DNA of 64,000 bases from a bacterium (GTDB lineage Bacteria; UBA8248), in NCBI GenBank assembly GCA_965207065.1, contig OZ242260.1:3680001-3744000 (forward strand), written 5' to 3'. The notes under the pieces were generated by a model. That model did no database searches. It had not been told where the DNA came from and saw nothing but the letters and a program-made list of their open reading frames with translations. Position 1 is the stretch's first letter. Every line of letters starts with the position of its first letter. The position numbers and the translations under genes are program-made. Below are positions 57,803 to 64,000 of the stretch, piece after piece.

Positions 57803-60214
57803 CTAGTCCACACTCCTCGTACGAGCGGGCTTCCAGTTTCTCAGCAATAAAGTGTTCGAGACGACGGATACCGAACTGAACGCCATGGCCGCACCTGCGA
57901 CGATAGGGCTTAAAAACCCGAACGCCGCCAGGGGGATGCCGAGAATGTTGTAGAAAAATGCCCAGAAAAGGTTCTGGCGTATTTTCCGCAAAACGGTCCT
58001 CGATAGGTGAATACCGGATACGACACCCATCAAATCGCCCTGCATCAGCGTGATGTCCGACGCCTCCATCGCGATGTCCGTCCCCGTGCCGATCGCGAAT
58101 CCCACGTCCGCTGCCGCCAAGGCGGGAGCGTCGTTGATGCCGTCGCCCACCATGCCCACCTTGTTGCCGCCTCGCCTTAGTTGTTCCACCATGGCCGCCT
58201 TTTCATCCGGCATCACATCCGCCATGACGCGGGAAATGCCCGCCTCCGCCGCTATGGCCTGCGCTGTGCGCTCGTTGTCGCCCGTCATCATGTAGACCTC
58301 AACCCCCATGCCCTGGAGAGCCGCTACTGCTTCGGCCGAGTTCTCCCTCAGCGTATCTGCGACGCCGATGGCGCCCATCAGGTTTTCCTCTTCGGCGAGA
58401 AGCACTACGGTTTTCCCCTGCGATTCGAGGCGGCGAATCTCATCGACAGACCCGGGCGCTGCCACACCGCGCTCCGCCATGAACTTCTCGTTGCCCAGAT
58501 AAATTTTCCGCTCATCCACATTCGCTTCCAGGCCATGCCCCGGAAAGGCGCGGAAATCCCGCATTTCAAGAAATTCCACGCCGCGCGCTTCAGCCTCATC
58601 GACTATCGATTTTCCCAGGGGATGCTCCGAGCCGCGCTCCGCACTCGCCGCGAGCCGGAGCAACTCCTCTTCCGTGAGCCCGTTCAACGGCAATATGTCT
58701 GTCACCACAGGCGTCCCTTTCGTCAGCGTGCCCGTTTTGTCCAGTATCATGGCGTCGAGCCTGTGCGCCGTCTCCAGGGACTCACCGCCCTTGATGAGAA
58801 CCCCCGCCTCGGCCCCTTTCCCGGTGCCCACCATGATCGCCGTAGGCGTCGCTAATCCTAAGGCGCACGGGCAGGCGATAACCAGAACGGCAACGGCGTT
58901 GATGAGCGCCGGCGTGAACGGCCCCACGGCGTCCCACAGAATGTACGTGACGAGGGCAATTCCCAGTACGATGGGCACGAAAATGCCCGACACCCTGTCC
59001 GCGGTGCGCTGGATCGGCGCCTTGGAGCCCTGCGCCTGCTCCACCATGCGGATTATTTGGGCGAGGACCGTTTCTTTTCCCACCCTCGAAGCCCGGAACT
59101 TCACCGCCCCGTCGATGTTGAGCGTAGCCCCGGTGACGGTGTCGTCCACGCCTTTCGCGACCGGAACGCTCTCGCCCGTCAGCATCGACTCATCCACGGA
59201 AGTCGCGCCTTCGAGGACAATCCCGTCCACGGGGTATTTCTCGCCAGGACGCACCATCACGACATCGCCCACGCGGACCTCGCCCACGGGAACCTCGAGC
59301 TCCTCCCCGTCGCGGAGCACGCGCGCCGTCTTGGCCTGAAGGCCCATGAGTTTCTTGATGGCTTCTGAGGTTCTGCCCATGGCGCGCTCTTCGAGAACCT
59401 TTCCGAGCAGGATGAGCGTGATCAAAATTGCGGACGCCTCGAAATACACGTGATGCCCGCTCAGGCCCCACAGCGTCACCACGCTGCTGTGCAGCCAGGC
59501 CGCGCTCGTTCCCAGGGCGACGAGAACGTCCATGTTCGCGCCGCCGCCCATGAGCGAGTGATACGCGCCCCGGTAAAACCGCCGGCCCACGATGAACTGC
59601 ACGGGCGTGGCGAGCGCGAACTGCCACCACCTGGGCAATTCCCAGCCGCCCGCGCCCGGAAGCATCCCCGCCATCTGTATGAGAAGCGGGGCTGATAAAA
59701 CCACGGAGAGCACGAGCAGGCGCACGCTTTTCCTGAATTCGCGCTCTCGCTTAAGTTTTTCCAGGTCTTGTTGTTCATCTACCACGGGACGGGCCGAATA
59801 CCCCGCTTTGGCCACGTAATCGAAAATTTCATCGGTATGAGCCAGGGCCGGCTGGAACTCCACATGGCCGCGGCCCATCGAGAAATCCACGTCGGCGGAA
59901 ACCACGCCGTCCAACCCGCTCAATTTCTCTTCCAGGCCTGCGGCGTCCGCTGCGTCCACCACTCCTTCTATCGTGAACTCGACACGAGAATACGGAACCC
60001 GGAACCCTGTTTTTTCCACCCTCTTGGTGATGTCGGCAGGCGTCACCTGGGCGGGGACGAACTCGACCTGCGCGCGCGCCAGCGCCAGATTCACGTTCGC
60101 GCGCAACACGCCGTCGAGCGAACCGAGTCGTTTTTCCAGCCTTGAGGAACACGCCGCGCACGACATGCCTTCGACCGGAATTTCCAGTGTCTCGGGTATT
60201 GAATTTATCGACAT
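57803..60214 (-). CDS. copA: Cu(I)-translocating P1B-type ATPase
   Basis: GMSCAAC, TGES, CPC, DKTGT, SEHP, GDGIND, YN and MAFSS motifs. Confidence 0.95.
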   Translation of the reverse strand: MSINSIPETLEIPVEGMSCAACSSRLEKRLGSLDGVLRANVNLALARAQVEFVPAQVTPADITKRVEKTGFRVPYSRVEFTIEGVVDAADAAGLEEKLSGLDGVVSADVDFSMGRGHVEFQPALAHTDEIFDYVAKAGYSARPVVDEQQDLEKLKREREFRKSVRLLVLSVVLSAPLLIQMAGMLPGAGGWELPRWWQFALATPVQFIVGRRFYRGAYHSLMGGGANMDVLVALGTSAAWLHSSVVTLWGLSGHHVYFEASAILITLILLGKVLEERAMGRTSEAIKKLMGLQAKTARVLRDGEELEVPVGEVRVGDVVMVRPGEKYPVDGIVLEGATSVDESMLTGESVPVAKGVDDTVTGATLNIDGAVKFRASRVGKETVLAQIIRMVEQAQGSKAPIQRTADRVSGIFVPIVLGIALVTYILWDAVGPFTPALINAVAVLVIACPCALGLATPTAIMVGTGKGAEAGVLIKGGESLETAHRLDAMILDKTGTLTKGTPVVTDILPLNGLTEEELLRLAASAERGSEHPLGKSIVDEAEARGVEFLEMRDFRAFPGHGLEANVDERKIYLGNEKFMAERGVAAPGSVDEIRRLESQGKTVVLLAEEENLMGAIGVADTLRENSAEAVAALQGMGVEVYMMTGDNERTAQAIAAEAGISRVMADVMPDEKAAMVEQLRRGGNKVGMVGDGINDAPALAAADVGFAIGTGTDIAMEASDITLMQGDLMGVVSGIHLSRTVLRKIRQNLFWAFFYNILGIPLAAFGFLSPIVAGAAMAFSSVSVVSNTLLLRNWKPARTRSVD

Positions 60215-60223
60215 GCCCCGCTC

Positions 60224-61372
60224 CTAGCCCAATGCCTGAAGTTTTACGCTCACGCTCATCCGGGTCCCGTCGCGCATCAGGTGCACTTCCACGACGTCGC
60301 CCACCTTGTGCTCATCTAGCGCGTCCAACAAATCATTGCGCGAGGTGACCGACTTCTCCCCCACCCCGACGATCACATCGCCGAGCACGAGGCTCCCCGC
60401 CCGGTTCCTCCCGGTGCCGCGCAGCCCGGCACCTTCAGCCGCGCTGCCTTTTTGTACGCGAATGATCAGCACGCCCCGTACGCCGAAGCGCTCCGCCGTC
60501 CCCCTGTCGGCCACGTGAATGCCGAGCCCTGGCCTGATAACGCGGCCATGGCGGAGCAACTGGGGAACGACCCTGTTCACCGTATCTACGGGAACCGCGA
60601 AGCCGATTCCTGCGTTGGAGCCGGAGGGACTGAAAATAGCGGTGTTGACGCCTATGAGGCGCCCGGCGCTGTCCAGAAGAGGCCCCCCCGAATTGCCCGG
60701 GTTGATCGCGGCGTCGGTCTGGATGACGCCGCTGATCTTGCGGCCCGACACGCCGTTGATCTCACGCCCCAGCGCGCTGATGATCCCCGTCGTGAGGGTC
60801 TGGTCCAACCCGAAGGGGTTGCCGATGGCGAACACCCTCTGGCCCACCAGCAGGTTGGAGGACTGCCCGACGGCGATCGGCTTGAGCCGGCTTTTGGGCG
60901 CATTGATGAAGAGGACCGCCAAATCCTGATCCGGCGCCATTCCCACCACGCGCGCGTCCCACTCGGTGTTATCCGCCAGGGTGATGCGAAGGGCGCTCGC
61001 TCCCTGAATGACGTGAAAGTTCGTGATGACGTGGCCCTGATCGTTCCAGACGAAGCCCGAACCCGTGCCCTGGGGAATCTCGAACAAATTGAGACTGAAC
61101 CTGTCGCGCCTCATCGCCAGCCTCGTGATATAGACCACCGACGGAGAAGAGAGGCGGAAAAGCTCTATGTTGGATTTCTCCTCGGCGGCGAGGTCTCCTC
61201 GCGGGGTAACGACGCGGGGCACGGCATCGGGGTCGTGGAAGTTATCGAAATATCCCCTTGCGAACATCCACGCGAGGGCGACGCCCAGCAAAAAAACACA
61301 CCAGACGAGCCATCGCCATCTGCTCGAATAGGTTACGCCTCCACCCCTGTGTTCACGACCTCCCCCGTTCAT
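60224..61372 (-). CDS. HtrA/Deg-family serine protease with TM anchor and single PDZ domain
   Basis: GTGSGF, TNFHV, DLAVL, IQTDAAINPGNSGGPL; ATGA overlap with the tetR stop. Confidence 0.92.
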   Translation of the reverse strand: MNGGGREHRGGGVTYSSRWRWLVWCVFLLGVALAWMFARGYFDNFHDPDAVPRVVTPRGDLAAEEKSNIELFRLSSPSVVYITRLAMRRDRFSLNLFEIPQGTGSGFVWNDQGHVITNFHVIQGASALRITLADNTEWDARVVGMAPDQDLAVLFINAPKSRLKPIAVGQSSNLLVGQRVFAIGNPFGLDQTLTTGIISALGREINGVSGRKISGVIQTDAAINPGNSGGPLLDSAGRLIGVNTAIFSPSGSNAGIGFAVPVDTVNRVVPQLLRHGRVIRPGLGIHVADRGTAERFGVRGVLIIRVQKGSAAEGAGLRGTGRNRAGSLVLGDVIVGVGEKSVTSRNDLLDALDEHKVGDVVEVHLMRDGTRMSVSVKLQALG

Positions 61373-62001
61373 TTCGACTCCTCTTTCTGCGCCCAAGGCA
61401 GGCTCATGACAGCACGCTCGCAGTCTTCGCGTAAAGACGCCTCATCCTGAGAACATCTCGCAATGATATGCGCACCCTGCATCTGGGAGAAGAAAGAACG
61501 CGCATATACAAGCGGTGCGATTTCTCCCGGAAGCTCTCCTTCCGCTTGAGACTGCGCCAATACGAGAGCGATTCTCTCAAATACGCCGTCCCAGACCTCT
61601 TTCAGCCGCATGCGCATCTCTTCATCAAGAGCACTCAGTTCGAGCGAGAGGTTCCCGATGGGGCATCCGCAGCACGGGGAATCCTGAATCGGCATGCGGG
61701 CGTAGGATTCCGCCAGACACCTGATTTTCTCGCGCCCACTCGCTTCTGTATCAAATGAGGGTGCGAGGTAGTTTTCGTGAAGTAGCGATTCGTAATGATC
61801 TATGATGGCGAGCCCCAAGTTTTTCTTGGAGCGAAAAAAATAGTACAGACTCCCCCGGTTCACTTTGGCGCCCTGCGCGACTATGTCCAGTGAGGTGGCG
61901 TGAAAGCCTCTCTGATAGACGAGCCGCGCGGCCGCTTCTATGATTTTGCGCTTCGTCCGGGAAGCCTTGGAACCTTTGGGCGTCGCCGTTGCTGCTTTCA
62001 T
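61369..62001 (-). CDS. TetR/AcrR-family regulator (NemR-like C-terminus, Cys-rich)
   Basis: GFHATSLDIVA...GSLYYFFRSK HTH; PCCGCPIGNL. Confidence 0.92.
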   Translation of the reverse strand: MKAATATPKGSKASRTKRKIIEAAARLVYQRGFHATSLDIVAQGAKVNRGSLYYFFRSKKNLGLAIIDHYESLLHENYLAPSFDTEASGREKIRCLAESYARMPIQDSPCCGCPIGNLSLELSALDEEMRMRLKEVWDGVFERIALVLAQSQAEGELPGEIAPLVYARSFFSQMQGAHIIARCSQDEASLREDCERAVMSLPWAQKEESK

Positions 62002-62079
62002 GCGCTCTCACTCCGGTGAGTGAAATTTCGTCTTGCGGAAAAATGCTCCGCAATGGGCCACAAAGCGACCCACGAGAAA

Positions 62080-62114
62080 AATATAAAATTATTTAGTTAG
62101 TTAGTCAACTAAAT
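62080..62114 (-). promoter_or_regulatory. Sigma70 promoter with overlapping palindromic operator for the tetR operon
   Basis: TTGACT-N17-TATATT (minus strand); ATTTAGTT-N8-AACTAAAT palindrome at 62091-62114. Confidence 0.75.
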
Positions 62115-62149
62115 TTATGGCTGCTGCCACACCAATCCTGAAAGACATA

Positions 62150-63088
62150 TTACGCCGAGAGTTCTCGCAAGTGCGCTACGACGGAGCGCTCCAATGCGTC
62201 GAGATTGTACCCACCCTCGAGCAGACAGATGAGCCGCCCCTCGCAATGGCTTGCGGCAAGTTTCTTCACCCACCCGGTCAGGCGGGCGAAACCGGCTTCG
62301 GTGATCTTCAGCCCACCGAGCGGGTCGTCGCGGTGCGCGTCGAAACCCGCAGATACGACAACCGCTTCGGGACCATGCGCCTCGATGGCGGGGATGACGT
62401 TTTCCTCAAATTTCGCCAGATACGCCTCCTCAGAGGTTCCCGCAGCGACGGGAATGTTGAGCGTCTTGCCCTCCCCGGCTCCTTCTCCGGTTTCGTTCGC
62501 AAGGCCCGTGCCGGGATAGTGGGGATGCTGGTGCAGGGAGACGAAAAACACGTCCGGATCTTGCCAGAAGATATCCTGCGTGCCGTTGCCGTGATGCACG
62601 TCCCAATCCACCACGGCAATTTTCCGGAGGCCGTGTTGTTCCTGCAGATACCGCACCAGGATGGAGGCGGTGGCGAAGAGACAAAAACCCATCGACTGAA
62701 ACGGCAAGGCGTGGTGGCCCGGCGGCCTGGCGGCGCAAAAGGCGTTGTCCGCCTCACCACCAACTACGGCGTCCGCCGCACTCAGGGCCGCTTCCACGGA
62801 TGCGATCGCAGCCTCATAGCTTCCCGGACCAGCCTGCGTGTCTCCACCGTCCAGAATACACCTGCCGCTCGCACAAGCCTCGCGCACGAAGCGGTGGTGC
62901 TCTTTCTCATGCACCCGCAAAACCCACTCACTAGCGGCGTGGGGCTTACTCTCCATGTGTATGAGCGATGCGACTTGCGGGAGAATTCTCTCGGGCGCGA
63001 GACGCCTGGCGCGCTCTACGTTCTCCACATGCCGGCCGTTATCGTGCACGAGCGATTCGGGCGTCCAGAAATAAGCGGTTCTGCTCAA
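62150..63088 (-). CDS. Histone deacetylase-family amidohydrolase (AcuC/APAH-like)
   Basis: RPPGHHA, GFC, DWDVHHGNGTQ, SAGFDAH, LEGGY. Confidence 0.92.
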   Translation of the reverse strand: MSRTAYFWTPESLVHDNGRHVENVERARRLAPERILPQVASLIHMESKPHAASEWVLRVHEKEHHRFVREACASGRCILDGGDTQAGPGSYEAAIASVEAALSAADAVVGGEADNAFCAARPPGHHALPFQSMGFCLFATASILVRYLQEQHGLRKIAVVDWDVHHGNGTQDIFWQDPDVFFVSLHQHPHYPGTGLANETGEGAGEGKTLNIPVAAGTSEEAYLAKFEENVIPAIEAHGPEAVVVSAGFDAHRDDPLGGLKITEAGFARLTGWVKKLAASHCEGRLICLLEGGYNLDALERSVVAHLRELSA

Positions 63089-64000
63089 TGGAGTCTCACC
63101 CTCGGGTCGAGGACGGAATACATCAAGTCAACAATAAGGTTCAAAGACACGAAAATCAGGGCGGTGATGGTCACAGAGGCCTGGACCAGGGGGAAATCCT
63201 TGGCGTAGACGGCCTGAATGAGAAGTCTCCCCACGCCCGGCCAGGAGAAAATCGTCTCGACGATTACCGCACCCCCCAGCAGATGCCCGAACTCCAGGCC
63301 GATTATCGTGATGACCGGGATCATTGAGTTTCTGAGCACGTGCAGGTTGATGACGATCCATTCGGAAAGCCCCTTCGCACGGGCGGTCTTCACGTATTCA
63401 TGCCGGAGCACTTCCAGCATGGAGCTTCGGACTACCCGAGTGTTTCTCGCGATCGAGTAAGTAGAGAGCGCGATGGCGGGCAATATCAAATGCTCCCAAC
63501 CGCTTCTACCGCTCACGGGCAGCCACCTCAGACTCACCCCGAAGATGAGGATCAGCATCAAGCCGAGCCAGAAAACGGGCATGGATTGCCCCAGTAACGC
63601 GAAAAGCATCCCCCCGTGATCATACGGTGAGCCGCGCTGCGTCGCGCTCACGACCCCTAACGGAAATGCCAGGATAATCGAGAGTACGAGCGCCACGAGG
63701 GCGAGTTCCAGTGTCGCGGGCAGGCGCTCCATGATGAGTTCGAACGCGGGCTGGCGGTAGCGCAGACTTTCGCCGAAGTCCCCCTGCACGGCCCTGCCCA
63801 CGTATCGCCCGTATTGCACGAACCAGGGCTTGTCCAGCCCCATATCTTGACGGAGTTGCTGGACCTCCTGAACCGTCCAGTCCTCGCCCACCATGGTGTC
63901 GGTCGGATCGCCAGACAGGAACAAGACGGCGAACGAGATGAAACTCACGCCGGCCACGACCACGATGGCCCGCAGGAATCGTCTGAAAAGATAGGCACCC
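63085..64000 (-). CDS. Peptide/nickel ABC permease (DppB/NikB-like); start lies just outside the window
   Basis: GDFGES, RLPATLEL, YVKTARAKGL, VETIFSWPGVG; frame stays open to the window edge. Confidence 0.92.
   Translation of the reverse strand, partial: GAYLFRRFLRAIVVVAGVSFISFAVLFLSGDPTDTMVGEDWTVQEVQQLRQDMGLDKPWFVQYGRYVGRAVQGDFGESLRYRQPAFELIMERLPATLELALVALVLSIILAFPLGVVSATQRGSPYDHGGMLFALLGQSMPVFWLGLMLILIFGVSLRWLPVSGRSGWEHLILPAIALSTYSIARNTRVVRSSMLEVLRHEYVKTARAKGLSEWIVINLHVLRNSMIPVITIIGLEFGHLLGGAVIVETIFSWPGVGRLLIQAVYAKDFPLVQASVTITALIFVSLNLIVDLMYSVLDPRVRLH

Noticed and set aside
1..64000. CRISPR arrays, tRNA/rRNA, IS elements, prophage, selenocysteine read-through
   Set aside because: None seen by eye; short or divergent ncRNAs could be missed without a covariance-model search

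Overview
GC-rich bacterial chromosomal segment, densely coding (about 67 CDS), with no rRNA, tRNA, CRISPR array, transposase, integrase or prophage that I could recognise. Housekeeping genes include a UvrD/PcrA helicase, miaB, HU and ilvC. An 11-gene cytochrome c maturation operon has a Cys-type CcmE and an atypical CcmH. There are three ABC-importer loci and many paralogous catabolic oxidoreductases and hydrolases (3 Ldh_2, 3 SDR, 2 Zn-ADH, 2 flavin reductase-like, 2 alpha/beta hydrolases, a split UxaA/SuyAB-like lyase). A tetR-htrA-copA-copZ operon has a clear promoter and a palindromic operator. The most unusual items are: a DUF3090/SCO1664-kinase pair co-oriented with a repeat lipoprotein in an apparently diderm host; a single-chain triple-RidA protein lacking the catalytic Arg in all three domains; a Cys-rich TetR apparently controlling copper efflux plus a protease; and a Delta-9 desaturase fused to an Ala-rich helical tail. 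All calls come from motif recognition by eye and no database searches were run. Start codons were adjusted to the best RBS where the ORF track over-extends.
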